DNA of 64,000 nt from positions 1,664,001-1,728,000 of the forward strand of contig CAVXGK010000002.1 of assembly GCA_963761305.1 (NCBI GenBank), given 5' to 3'. The DNA is from an uncultured Gemmatimonadaceae bacterium (GTDB lineage Bacteria; Gemmatimonadota; Gemmatimonadetes; Gemmatimonadales; Gemmatimonadaceae). The translations under genes and the position numbers were made by a program. A model generated the notes under the pieces. It was not told the origin of the DNA. It was given only the letters and a program-made list of their open reading frames with translations, and searched no databases. Below are positions 17,865 through 28,433 of this stretch, piece by piece (position 1 is the first letter of the stretch; each line of letters opens with the position of its first letter).

Positions 17865-20826
17865 TCACGAGGCGCGCGCCGGTGCTTCCTTCACGTTGAA
17901 TGTCTGCGTGTACGTCTGACCACCGACGGAGAGTCGCGCCGTGAAGGTGCCGGTGAGCGGGTTCGCTCCGCCTCCGCGCCCGCCACCACCGCGACCTCGT
18001 CCTCCACCGCCCGCAACCGGTGTCCATACGACGCGGTGAACGCCCGCCGTCGTCGCGAACTGCTCGGGTGCGGGACGCCAGAGCGCCGAGGTATTCGGAA
18101 TTCCGCCGCCCCCCCGTCCTCCACGTCCGCCGCCTCCGGCGACGGGTGCGGAATTCGAGAACGTCGCGACGACCGCGCCGCTCGCGTCGACCACTTCGAC
18201 CGACACCGGTCCGGATGCGTTGGCCTTGAGGTAGTAGTCGATCGCCGCGCCGACGGCGGGATTTGGCGCCTGCGGCTCGTCCTTCTGCAGCGGCGTGCCG
18301 TTGTCGCCGCCCTGCGGCAGGTAGATCACGTCCGCCGGCTTGAACAGATGCGCGTCGGCCGCGAGCACGGTGGCGTTGAGCTGCCGCAGCGGACTGATGT
18401 CGTCGATCACCCAGAATCCGCGGCCGTGCGTCGCGACGATGAGATCGTTGTCGTAGATCTCGAAATCGCGCACCGACGTCGCCGGCAGATTCATCTGCAA
18501 CGGCTGCCAATTGTCGCCGTCGTCGAGCGACACGAACGCGCCGCGCTCGGTGCCGGCGACGAGCAGCCCTCGCCGCTTCGGATCTTCCTTCACGACGTGC
18601 ACGTAGACGCCCGCCGGCAGGCCGTTGGTGATCTTCTGCCACGTCTTGCCCATGTCGCGCGTGCGGTAGATGTACGGCTCGAAGTCCTGCAGCTGGTGGC
18701 GATCCACGCTCGCGTACGCCGCGCTGGCGTCGAAGTGCGACGCGTCGATCATCGTCACGCGGCTCCACGGCGTGAGCGCGGCCGGCGTCACGTTCTGCCA
18801 GGTCTTGCCGTCGTCGGTCGTGACGTGAATCGAGCCCGTCGTCCGTGCCGACCCAAACCATCGGCGCGGGCAGCGGCGAGGGCGCGATCGTGTAGACGAC
18901 GCCGCGCTTGCCGTTGCGATCCACCTGCGCCGCGGCGGTCGCGTCGAGGCTTGCCGGAATGCCCGGGTCGGGACGCGTGAGATCGCCGCTGATCTGCGTC
19001 CAGGTCTGCGCGCCATCGGTCGTCTTGAAAACGAATTGGTTGGAGTAGTAGAGCGCCTTGCGGATCGGCCTTCGAGAACACGAGCGGCTGCGTCCAGTCG
19101 GTGCGGGCGCAGTCGGGCGTCCGCGGCGCCGTCGTGCCGGCCACGGCTGTGTTCGTCTCGAGATCGAACCGCTGGCCGGTGCCGCCGAAGACGATCCCCG
19201 GGTGCAGCGGGTCGCCCGCCGTCGTAGCCGCTCTCGCCGCCGGCGCCGATCGGCTCCCAGTCGCGCATCGAGATCTCGGCCGAACTTGCCGCGCGAGCGC
19301 ACGGCGACGGCGCCCGTGTCCTGCTGCGCGCCGGTCACCCAGTACGGCAACCGATAGTCGACCGAGCAGTGGTAGATCTGCGCCGTCGGCTGGTTGAGCC
19401 ACGAGCTCCACGTGACGTCGCGCGGATCGTCGGTGTTCGCGTTGCGCGTGATGATCGTGCCCTGGTCGCTCGCCACGATCATCGTGTTCGAGTCGTCGGG
19501 CGAGACCCACGCCTGATGGTAGTCGTCGCCGCCCGGCGACCCGCGCAGCGCAACCCACGTCTTGCCGCCGTCCTTGGATCGCGAAACCGCGACATTCGGC
19601 ACATAGACGATGTCGGCGTTCTTCGGATCGACGACGACGTGCTCGAAATACCAGCCGCGTCCCCAGAGCGCGGGATCGCTCGACAGCTTGGTCCACGTCG
19701 CGCCCGCGTCGTCGGAGCGGAAGAATCCGCCCTGCCCCGGCGCCGCCGGCGCCTGCGCACACGCCGGATTGCCGCCGCCGCGTCCCCCGCCGCCGCCGCC
19801 GCCAGCGGCGGGTGCCGGCGCGTTCGGATCCGGCACGAGGCAATCGACCACCGCATACACGCGCCGCGGATTGCTGGGCGCTATCGCGATACCTGTCTTG
19901 CCGATTCCCTCTTTGGGCAGGCCGTTCGTGAGCTGCTTCCACGTCGTGCCGCCGTCGGTCGACTTGAAGATGCCGCCGCCCGGGCCGTTCGTCGGCGAGT
20001 ACGTGTACCACGGCGGACGTCGCGTATTCCAGAGTCCCGCGTACACGATCTCCGGATTCGCCGGATCGATCACCACCTCGACCGCGCCGATGTTCTCGTC
20101 CTTGTAGAGCACCTTCTTCCACGTCTTGCCGCCATCGATCGTCTTGAAGACGCCGCGCTCGGGACTCGCCGCATACAGATGCCCGATCGCCGCCACGAAC
20201 ACGATGTTCGGATTCTTCGGGTCCACCGCGACTCGGCCGATGTGCTGCGTGTCGTCGAGCCCGATGTGCGTCCATGTCTTGCCGGCGTCGGTCGACTTGT
20301 ACACGCCATTGCCGAAGCCCGTCGAGTCGCGTAGCGTGGACTCGCCGGTGCCGACGTAGACCGTGTCAGGCGCCGACGGCGCGACGGCGATCGCGCCGAT
20401 GGACGCGACGGGCTGCGAATCGAACACCGGCTCCCAGACGCGGCCCGCATCGACGGTCTTCCAGACGCCGCCGTTGACCGCGCCGAAGTAGAACTCGTTC
20501 GGTCGGCCGTGCACTCCGCAGACGGCGTCCGTGCGTCCGCCGCGGAAGGGGCCGAGCATGCGCCATTCGAGTCCCGACGCCAGCGCGGCAGTTTGCTGCG
20601 CGGCGGTCGGCGCCGCGAACGACGATGCTGGTGTCGCTGCGCGTTCGAGTGTGCCGAGCGAACGCGTGAGGCGAGGCGTCGCGTACATCAGCAAGCCGAG
20701 TCGGCCGGCTTCGACGATGAAGTCGCGACGTGAAAACGCGGACCCTTCTGGCGGTGAATCGCCGGAAGGATCCGCGTTCGGGTGGGAGTGGGTTCGAACG
20801 ATTGTGTCAGGCCGTTGGGTCGTCAC
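17865..20826 (-). CDS. Tat-exported BNR/Asp-box (VPS10/sortilin-like) glycosyl-hydrolase-like protein, with four +1 indels
   Basis: SRRDF Tat motif; WRMLGPFRGGR; many S/T-x-D-G-G-x-T-W Asp-boxes; the frame is restored by removing single bases near 19278, 19222, 19060 and 18831. Confidence 0.85.
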
Positions 20827-20889
20827 CGCGGTTCCCCTGTAGTGTCACAGACACTCAGGTAACCGCGGTGTGCCGCGGCCGTCAAGCCA

Positions 20890-21462
20890 CTATTGAACCT
20901 TGAACATCAGGCCGATGTTGAGCGCCGCACCGCCGGCACCCGCGTCGGCGTAAACGGCCATCTTCGGCGCAAAGAAGTACCGAGCGCCGACCCGGCCGAT
21001 GAAATAGAGGCTGCTGCTGTAGCCGCAGCCGAAGTTGCCGAACGCCCCGGAATAGCTGCACGACACCAGGTTGTAGCCAAGGCCCGCGCCGATGAAGGGA
21101 TCGATCTTGGGCTCGTCGAGCTTGAAGTGGTAGTTCACCGTGACGCCGATCGGGATGTATTTGACGCTGTACGAGAAGCTGGTGTTGTCGGTCGACCACG
21201 AGTAATAGTCGAACGCCGCCTGAATGCCGAGCGTTCCATTGCCGAGATCAGGCAGTTGCTTGATTGCGTGCTCGAATCGGCCGCCGAACGACGCGCTCGC
21301 GGAGCCGATTCCGCCTATGCCGACGACCGGACCGATATCCGTGTACCCCATCGAGAAGTTGGACGCGCCCTTGCCTTGGGCCGCGGCGGGAACTGCTGCC
21401 ATTGCGAGGCACGCGGCCGCAAGGGCCAACGTCGAGCCATGCCGAGCTGCCATACGTCGCAT
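20890..21462 (-). CDS. Outer-membrane beta-barrel protein (OmpA/OmpW-like, 8-stranded)
   Basis: Signal peptide; amphipathic strands, DPFIGAGLGY, GARYFF, terminal IGLMFK; AGGAG RBS. Confidence 0.8.
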   Translation of the reverse strand: MRRMAARHGSTLALAAACLAMAAVPAAAQGKGASNFSMGYTDIGPVVGIGGIGSASASFGGRFEHAIKQLPDLGNGTLGIQAAFDYYSWSTDNTSFSYSVKYIPIGVTVNYHFKLDEPKIDPFIGAGLGYNLVSCSYSGAFGNFGCGYSSSLYFIGRVGARYFFAPKMAVYADAGAGGAALNIGLMFKVQ

Positions 21463-21696
21463 GAGAGTCTCCTACGAGTGAGGGACGGGAAGGACGGGAG
21501 GGACGGGAAACAGGGAGAGCGGGGAGAGAAGCGCAGACCGCGAGAAAGGGGAGACGTGCAAGTCCTGGTCCGGGCGAAGATATACGAAATTGTCAAAGTA
21601 GACCAGAGGACCTCGAAATCACCCCTTGACGGAGCACGAGCCGCCCTTCCCATTGCGCAGGAAGTCCTCCCGAACCGTCACGATCCAGGGAGCAGC

Positions 21697-22266
21697 TTGA
21701 CTCACGGGCCCGACGCGGGGAACGCCGGTGCGGCCGGATTCGACGACGCGCGCGCGCTCGACGACCTGTTCAGCGCCACCTACGAGGAGTTGCGCCGCCT
21801 GGCCACCGCCGTCCGGCGCAACGATCCGAACGCCACGCTGAGCCCCACCGCGCTGGTGAACGAGGCGTGGCTCAAGCTGCGCGAATCCCCGGGCGTGGCG
21901 CGCACCTCGCGCCTCCATTTCAGGCGCATCGCCGCGCGCGCCATGCGTCAGGTTCTGATCGAGGCGGCACGACGACGGCGCTCCACGAAGCGCGGCGGCG
22001 GTGCGGTCGTCGTCACGTTCGACGACGCGCTGCAGGTGGCGGCGTCGACCGCCGACGACCTCGTCGCCCTCGACGACGCGCTCAACGACCTCGCCCGCCT
22101 CGAGCCACGACAGGCGATGCTCGTCGAGAGCCGCTTCTTCGGCGGCATGGACGTAGCCGAAACGGCGCAACTTCTCGACATCTCCGAGTCCACTGCGTTA
22201 CGAGATTGGCGCGCCGCCAAAGCGTGGCTCGCGCGAGAATTACGTAACGCCAACCCGGGCGCGTAA
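21697..22266 (+). CDS. ECF-type sigma factor (TIGR02999-like)
   Basis: YEELRRLA, TLSPTALVNEAWLKL, AMRQVLIE, RFFGGM, RDWRAAKAWL; TTG start after GGGAG. Confidence 0.9.
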   Translation: MTHGPDAGNAGAAGFDDARALDDLFSATYEELRRLATAVRRNDPNATLSPTALVNEAWLKLRESPGVARTSRLHFRRIAARAMRQVLIEAARRRRSTKRGGGAVVVTFDDALQVAASTADDLVALDDALNDLARLEPRQAMLVESRFFGGMDVAETAQLLDISESTALRDWRAAKAWLARELRNANPGA

Positions 22267-24935
22267 TGACGATGGACCCGGCTCGCTGGACGCGCGTGCA
22301 GTCGCTCTTCCATGCCGCGGCAGAGTTGCCGCCGGCCGATCAGCGCGCGTTCCTCGAGTCGGAGTGCACCGACGATCGATCCCTCGTCGAGGACGCGCTC
22401 GCACTGCTCGCCGAAGATGCGCGCGGCGATTCCCTGCTCGACCGGGGCGTCGGCGCGGCGGCGAACTCAGTACTCGGCCGCGCGGGCGACTCCGGCATCG
22501 TCGGCGAACAGCTCGGCCCCTACCGCATCACTCGCATCCTCGGCGAAGGCGGAATGGGGGTCGTCTATCACGCGACGCGCGACGACCTCGGCACCGTGGC
22601 CGCCGTGAAGATTCTGCGCGACGCGTGGCTCTCGCCGGCGCGGCGCGAACGATTCGCCAGCGAACAGCGGACACTCGCCCAGCTCAACCATCCGTTCATC
22701 GCCCGCCTCTACGACGCGGGCTCCCTCGGCGACGGCACGCCGTGGTTCGTGATGGAGTACGTCGAGGGCACGCCGCTCACCGAGTACTGTCGCGCGCACG
22801 CGACGTCGGTCGTCGGCCGCGTTCGACTCTTCCGCGACGTATGCGAGGCCGTGCAGCACGCACACCGGCTCCTCGTCGTACACCGCGACCTCAAGCCGTC
22901 GAACATTCTCGTCGGCAACGACGGCATCGTGAAGCTGCTCGACTTCGGCATCGCCAAGCAGCTCGACGGGCTCGAGACGCGCAAGGATCGCACGCGGACC
23001 GGCCTCCGCATGTTGACGCCCGCGTACGCGGCGCCCGAGCAGATTCGCGGCGGACGCATCGGCACCTACACCGACGTTTACGCACTCGGCGTCATCCTCT
23101 ACGAGCTGCTCGCCGGACGGTTGCCATTCGAGGCGAGCGACAACGCCGACGAGCTTTCGGCCGCGCTCTCGGAGCGCGAAGCGGAACGCCCGTCAGTCGC
23201 CGCCCGGACGTATCCGGCGGCGGCAAAGGGCGACCCGCACGGCCAACCCCTGCGCCCATCGGAATGGGCGGATCTCGACGTGTTGTGTCTCACCGCGATG
23301 CACCACGATCCGCAGCGGCGATACGCGACGGTGGATGCGCTCATGCGCGACGTCGATCACTTTCTCAACGGCGAGCCCTTGGAGGCGCGACCGGATTCGG
23401 TCGGCTATCGCCTGGGCAAATTCGTTCGACGCAACCGCGAAGCGGTCGTCGCGGCGACCGTCGCGATCGCGTTCGTCGTGGGTCTCGTGGCGTTCTACAC
23501 GGTGCGACTGGCCCGCGCACGTAACGACGCAGTCGCCGAAGCGGCGCGCGCCCAGCGCATCCAACGGTTCACCCTCGACCTCTTTCAGGGCGGCGACAAA
23601 GCCGCCGGTCCGGCGGACAGTCTGCACGTCGTCACCCTGCTCGACCGCGGCCTCACGCAAGCGCGCACGCTCGACGCCGATCCGGCGGTGCAGGCGGAGC
23701 TCTACGTCACGCTCGCCGGCATCTATCAGCATTTAGGCAAACTTTCGCGCGCCGACTCGCTGCTGCGCCTCTCCCTCGACCGGCGTCGCGCGCTCTTCGG
23801 GCCGAGTCATCCCGACGTCGCGGCATCGCTGGTCGCGCTGGGCGACCTGCGCATTGATCAGGCGCAGCTCGAGGACGCCGAGCGATTGATTCGCCAAGGC
23901 GCGACGATGGCCGAGGCGAGTCTCCCACCGAACGACCCGGCCGTCGTGCACTCGCTCGCCGAATTGGGGCGCGTGCTCGAGGAGCGCGGGTCGTACGACA
24001 AGGCGATTCCGATCATGCAGGACGTCGTGCGGCGCGACAGCGCGGCCGGCGCGGCGCCGGTCGATCTCGCCGCGAATCTGAGCACGCTCGCTGACATCAA
24101 CTTCTACGCCGGCCACTACGACGTCTCCGATTCACTGAACCGGCAGGTGCTCGGCATCTACCACCAGGTGTATGGCAGCCGCCATCCGCAAGTCGCCGAG
24201 ATCCTCGTCAACCTCGGCGCGTCGCAACAGGAGCGGGGCAACTACAAGGACGCCGAGCGACTCGATCGCGACGCGCTGGCGATGACGCGCTCGTTTTATG
24301 GCGACAGCAATCCCGCCACCGCACTCGACCTCACGATGCTCGGCCGCGCGCTCGAGTTTGAAAAGCGATTCGATGAAGCGGACACGGTGCTCCGGCAGGC
24401 GCTGACGATCCGCGAGCGCGTCTACGGTCCCGTGCATCCGTCGGTGGCGTCCGTGCTCAACGAGCTGGGTAACATCGCCTACCAGCGCGACCGGGATGAC
24501 GACGCGATCGCCTACTACACGCGAATCCTCGACATCTATCGCAAGATCTACGACGACAAGCACTACCTGATCGCTCTGGCGATCTCGAACCTCGCGACGG
24601 CGATCGCCGACAAGAAGGACTATCCCCGTGCCGAGCAACTCTATCGAGAGGCGGTGCGGCGCTACACCGAAGCGCAGGGGCCGACCCACACCAACACCGG
24701 CATCGCCCACGTGAAACTCGGCCACGTACTTTTGCGCGAGCGCCGATTCGCCGAGGCGCAGGTGGAAACTCAGACGGGCTACGACATCCTCGTGAAGCAG
24801 ACGAGCCCGGGGCTGACCTTCATGAAGAGCGCGCGCAAGGATTTGGTCGCCGAGTGGGACACCCTCGGCAAACCGCAGCTCGCCGAGCGGTACCGCGCCG
24901 AGTTGGCTGCTGCAGAAAAGGCGGCCGCGAAGTAG
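22266..24935 (+). CDS. Membrane Ser/Thr protein kinase with C-terminal TPR repeats
   Basis: LGEGGMGVV, AVK, HRDLKPSN, DFG, TPAYAAPE; TM helix; TPRs; 1-bp overlap with the sigma gene. Confidence 0.93.
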   Translation: MTMDPARWTRVQSLFHAAAELPPADQRAFLESECTDDRSLVEDALALLAEDARGDSLLDRGVGAAANSVLGRAGDSGIVGEQLGPYRITRILGEGGMGVVYHATRDDLGTVAAVKILRDAWLSPARRERFASEQRTLAQLNHPFIARLYDAGSLGDGTPWFVMEYVEGTPLTEYCRAHATSVVGRVRLFRDVCEAVQHAHRLLVVHRDLKPSNILVGNDGIVKLLDFGIAKQLDGLETRKDRTRTGLRMLTPAYAAPEQIRGGRIGTYTDVYALGVILYELLAGRLPFEASDNADELSAALSEREAERPSVAARTYPAAAKGDPHGQPLRPSEWADLDVLCLTAMHHDPQRRYATVDALMRDVDHFLNGEPLEARPDSVGYRLGKFVRRNREAVVAATVAIAFVVGLVAFYTVRLARARNDAVAEAARAQRIQRFTLDLFQGGDKAAGPADSLHVVTLLDRGLTQARTLDADPAVQAELYVTLAGIYQHLGKLSRADSLLRLSLDRRRALFGPSHPDVAASLVALGDLRIDQAQLEDAERLIRQGATMAEASLPPNDPAVVHSLAELGRVLEERGSYDKAIPIMQDVVRRDSAAGAAPVDLAANLSTLADINFYAGHYDVSDSLNRQVLGIYHQVYGSRHPQVAEILVNLGASQQERGNYKDAERLDRDALAMTRSFYGDSNPATALDLTMLGRALEFEKRFDEADTVLRQALTIRERVYGPVHPSVASVLNELGNIAYQRDRDDDAIAYYTRILDIYRKIYDDKHYLIALAISNLATAIADKKDYPRAEQLYREAVRRYTEAQGPTHTNTGIAHVKLGHVLLRERRFAEAQVETQTGYDILVKQTSPGLTFMKSARKDLVAEWDTLGKPQLAERYRAELAAAEKAAAK

Positions 24936-24947
24936 AGCTCTCGCGTC

Positions 24948-25424
24948 TCACTTCGACAGCGCGAAGTTCGTGTACTCCGCCTCCTCCGTCACTTCGCGTT
25001 CCACGAACGACGCCAGCCACTCCGGCACCACGACTCGTTGTTCGACGCTCGTCAGCTCCACCTCCGCCACCCACAGCCCGTCTCGATCGAGAAACTCGTC
25101 GATCTCCCACGTCACGTCGCCCTCGGGCACACGGTATCGACGCTTCTCGATCCGATGTCCGCGCGTGAGCGGCCACACGGTCGTGAAGAACCGCTCGTCC
25201 GTCTCGTCTTCGATCTCCAACCGCTCGATCCCCGCGCCCGACTTGATGGTCCGATAGTACCTCGTCCCCGACCCGTCGTCGCTCACCGACCGCCTCACAC
25301 GCTCGGTAATGTGCGTACCAGGTAGATACCCCTGGTGGATATGAACCGACGCCGCGGTTTGCACGCGCGGCGGAAGCCCAGTGAGCAGATATTTCCTCTC
25401 GATCTCGCTGTTGCGGTTCGACAC
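24948..25424 (-). CDS. CYTH-domain protein
   Basis: EIERKYL, QGYL, TIK, EKRRY, WEIDEF, AEVEL, YTNFALS. Confidence 0.9.
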   Translation of the reverse strand: MSNRNSEIERKYLLTGLPPRVQTAASVHIHQGYLPGTHITERVRRSVSDDGSGTRYYRTIKSGAGIERLEIEDETDERFFTTVWPLTRGHRIEKRRYRVPEGDVTWEIDEFLDRDGLWVAEVELTSVEQRVVVPEWLASFVEREVTEEAEYTNFALSK

Positions 25425-25576
25425 CTTGGATTGTACATCGAACCGTTGCTCGATCGCCAACAACGTTCCAGCTCTCATCGCCACTCTCAAGAGTTGCAGT
25501 TTCCGCGTAATCCGTTCCTTCCGCGAAATCGTTGCAGTACCAGCTGTTGCCGTTTTCCCCCGCCATCTCTTCCTCA

Positions 25577-26182
25577 ATGCTCCAAGAACTCCTCCAGCCA
25601 GGCATTCCGATCGCCGAGAAGCTCCTCCGCACGCTCGCCGTGTACGTATTCCTGCTCATCGGACTCCGACTCGCCGGCAAACGGGAGCTGTCGCAGATCA
25701 ATCCCTTCGACCTCGTCGTGCTGCTCCTCCTGTCGAACACGGTGCAGAACGCGATCATCGGGAACGACAATTCGCTCTCGGGCGGCATCATCGGGGCGGC
25801 GGCGCTGCTCCTGATCAATTCGATCGTCGTCCGTCTCCTCTACCACTACGGAGAGCTGGACAAGGTCGAGGGGAAGCCGGACGACCTGATCCGCAACGGA
25901 CGACTCCTGCGGCATCACCTCGAGCGCGAGCTCATCACCGTCGCCGAGTTGGAGGCTGCGGCTCGGCGGCAAGGGATCGAGACGCTCGCCCACGTGCAGT
26001 CGTGCCGATTGGAGACCGGCGGGGCGCTGACCTTCGTTCAACGGCATCCGACTGACGACGAATCACGCCACCACGAGACGCTGGGCATGCTCGCCCAGCT
26101 CGAGGCGCGTCAGCGCGCGATGGTCGAGCAGCTCGCCGCGTTGGAGCGGAAGATCGCGGGCACCACGGGCACCACGCCCTGA
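25577..26182 (+). CDS. DUF421 (YetF) membrane protein
   Basis: LRLAGKRELSQINPFDLV, EGKP..LIRNG, LETGG. Confidence 0.88.
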   Translation: MLQELLQPGIPIAEKLLRTLAVYVFLLIGLRLAGKRELSQINPFDLVVLLLLSNTVQNAIIGNDNSLSGGIIGAAALLLINSIVVRLLYHYGELDKVEGKPDDLIRNGRLLRHHLERELITVAELEAAARRQGIETLAHVQSCRLETGGALTFVQRHPTDDESRHHETLGMLAQLEARQRAMVEQLAALERKIAGTTGTTP

Positions 26183-28350
26183 GCCCACGTCGCGTTCGAC
26201 AGCTCGCTCACCACACCGACACGCAGCGCGGCGACGACTGATTCGCCGACGTCGGTGCGCCACGGCGGCGTGGCCAGCAGGCCTCGCGTCCACTCGGCGC
26301 GCAGCGTCTGCGGAAAGTATTTCGCCCGCCGGATCGCCACGCCGCGTGCGCGCGCGTCGATCGCTAGCGCGAGCAACCGGTCGCGCGCCTGTGCTTCCGG
26401 TGAAACCCCCGTCGAGCAAAGTCCGAGTGGCGGCGCACCGAGCATCGACGCGTCGGCGCGGGCATTCGGCGAGCGACCCAGCTGCTGCCACACGACGCGC
26501 CACGACACGGGCGAGTCGAGAACCCGCCGCACCATCAGCGTCGGATCGATCGACGTTGGGTCGGACCATTCAGACTCGAACGCGTCGCGCGCCGAGTCGG
26601 GGACGAACGTCATCTGCGCCAGCGCCCCGAGCAGCGACTGCGCGCCGGCTGCTCCCACCGCCGCGGGCGCACCGGCCGCGTAGCCCGGCAGCATCGGATC
26701 CTGCACCGCCGTGAGAAATCCGTTCGACCTTCCTTGCAGCGCCAGCGTCGACGCCACGAACCAGTCCACGCTGCGCGCGAACAGCTCGGCCGGACGGTCG
26801 TTGGCCGACGGCGCACTCGGTCCCGCGCCGCTCACCCCGCGAATCACCCGCGCTTCGGCCAGGCCGCGCACCGACGCGGCCAGCGCGCCGCGCTTGTCGG
26901 CCATCGCGCGATCGGTGCTGTAGCCGCGCCCGTTCGCGTACATGTGCCGCGCGGTCTGCCAATCGAGATCGTGCGACAGCTCGTGGGCGATCGTGCCGGC
27001 CGACGACGCCACCGACAGCTCCAGCGTGCGCGTGCGCGGGTCGTGCATCGCCAGCGCCGAGTCGGGGAGCGGTTGGTTGCCGAATTGGACGTGGAGACCG
27101 GCGAACGACAGCGCCGGGAAGACGTGCTGCATGTCGTGCAGCGACGTTTCCAACTCGCCGAGGTAGTACGCCCGCCACGCGCGCGGCACGTCGCGGTCGA
27201 ACGTGACCGACGCCAGCTCGAACTCCGCCGCCAGCTCGGCGGCGCTGACCGTCGAATCGCCGGGCAGCCACGGATGCTGTTGCGCGAACGCGCGCATTGC
27301 GACAGCATCGGACAGCATCGAGCGGGCCGCGACGCGCCGCGCCGAATCGCTCTCCGACGTCACCGCGTCGTAGCTGGCGACGCGCGTCTCTTCGTTGGTG
27401 TTCAGCCCTTCGCGGTCGCTGCGCAACCGCGACGCGACGACGATCGGCGCGGCCGGCGGCAGGTCGGCGCCGAGCACGTGGGCCCGCGCCGCGAAGCGCG
27501 GGCCGAGCAGCGGCGACGTCGAGCGCGGCGTGAGCCGCGGATCGGGCGTCCGCTCGAGCGTGTCGAGCGCCTTCACCAACGCCGGCACCGCGTTCATCGC
27601 CTCGGTGCGAATCTCCGCATTGAGCGGTTCGGCCGCCGGCCGTTCGACGCGGAACGTCCCCGCCTCGCGCCGATCCTCGAGCAACGTCAGAACGTCGCGA
27701 CCTTCGGGATCGCGCGTCGCGTCGGTGAGCAGATTTGCCAGGTCCTGTTGCGCGAGAAGCCGATCGCGGACCAGCGCGGCCGCTTCGGTGGCGACGCCGA
27801 CGGCGGGCGGTGCGACCGACGCCTTGCCCGCCGCGATCATGTATGCCAGACGGACGGCCATCTCGCCGGCGCGCGGGTCCGACGCCGATTCGACTGTGTG
27901 CTCGATGAGCGCCAACTGCTGCGCGCCGGTGGCGCCGTGTCCGTCGGCGTCCCACGGCCCGAGCCCGTCGAGCGCCATCGAATCGACGACGTACGCGTCA
28001 CCGCGGCGCAGCCGGCCCAACAATGCCCACACGACGCGTGTACGAAGCGCGGGGTCTGCCTCGAACCGCGGGTCGTCCAGCGCCTGATCGACGAGCCGGA
28101 AGGGGCTGCCGAGTCCGAGACGCAGACGCTCGAGGTAGCTGATGCCGACGGTGAGCGCGTCGCCGCGAGCGCCACGGGGGCTCGAGTTTCGCGCCAGCAC
28201 GATGGTCGAGTCGAAGTACGACGTCGACCTCGTGAGTTGCGAGACCGCGTCGGCGTCGACTGTCGGCCGGTCGTACGTAGCGCCGAAGCCGAGGGCGACG
28301 GCGAACAGCAGGACCGTGACGAGGAGGGAAATGCGGCGGACTACATCCAT
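26110..28350 (-). CDS. Large secreted hypothetical protein with HExxH motif
   Basis: 746-aa ORF; signal peptide; TIAHELSHDLD ... ELFAR. Confidence 0.75.
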   Translation of the reverse strand: MDVVRRISLLVTVLLFAVALGFGATYDRPTVDADAVSQLTRSTSYFDSTIVLARNSSPRGARGDALTVGISYLERLRLGLGSPFRLVDQALDDPRFEADPALRTRVVWALLGRLRRGDAYVVDSMALDGLGPWDADGHGATGAQQLALIEHTVESASDPRAGEMAVRLAYMIAAGKASVAPPAVGVATEAAALVRDRLLAQQDLANLLTDATRDPEGRDVLTLLEDRREAGTFRVERPAAEPLNAEIRTEAMNAVPALVKALDTLERTPDPRLTPRSTSPLLGPRFAARAHVLGADLPPAAPIVVASRLRSDREGLNTNEETRVASYDAVTSESDSARRVAARSMLSDAVAMRAFAQQHPWLPGDSTVSAAELAAEFELASVTFDRDVPRAWRAYYLGELETSLHDMQHVFPALSFAGLHVQFGNQPLPDSALAMHDPRTRTLELSVASSAGTIAHELSHDLDWQTARHMYANGRGYSTDRAMADKRGALAASVRGLAEARVIRGVSGAGPSAPSANDRPAELFARSVDWFVASTLALQGRSNGFLTAVQDPMLPGYAAGAPAAVGAAGAQSLLGALAQMTFVPDSARDAFESEWSDPTSIDPTLMVRRVLDSPVSWRVVWQQLGRSPNARADASMLGAPPLGLCSTGVSPEAQARDRLLALAIDARARGVAIRRAKYFPQTLRAEWTRGLLATPPWRTDVGESVVAALRVGVVSELSNATWAQGVVPVVPAIFRSNAASCSTIAR

Positions 28351-28433
28351 CGTTGATTCGTACCCTTGGCGGGCGATCGGGTTGCCGAACCCCTCGGCGC
28401 CCCGTCTATGCTAGTACCGTGCAATACTATGCA

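Noticed and set aside
18825..19285. BNR/VPS10 gene as a pseudogene or split gene
   Set aside because: Four single-base insertions within ~450 bp with otherwise intact motifs look like a local low-quality segment; cannot be settled without reads
21481..21535. Purine-rich 9-bp repeats (gggacggga) as a separate element
   Set aside because: Only about three degenerate units, single occurrence, no inverted partner
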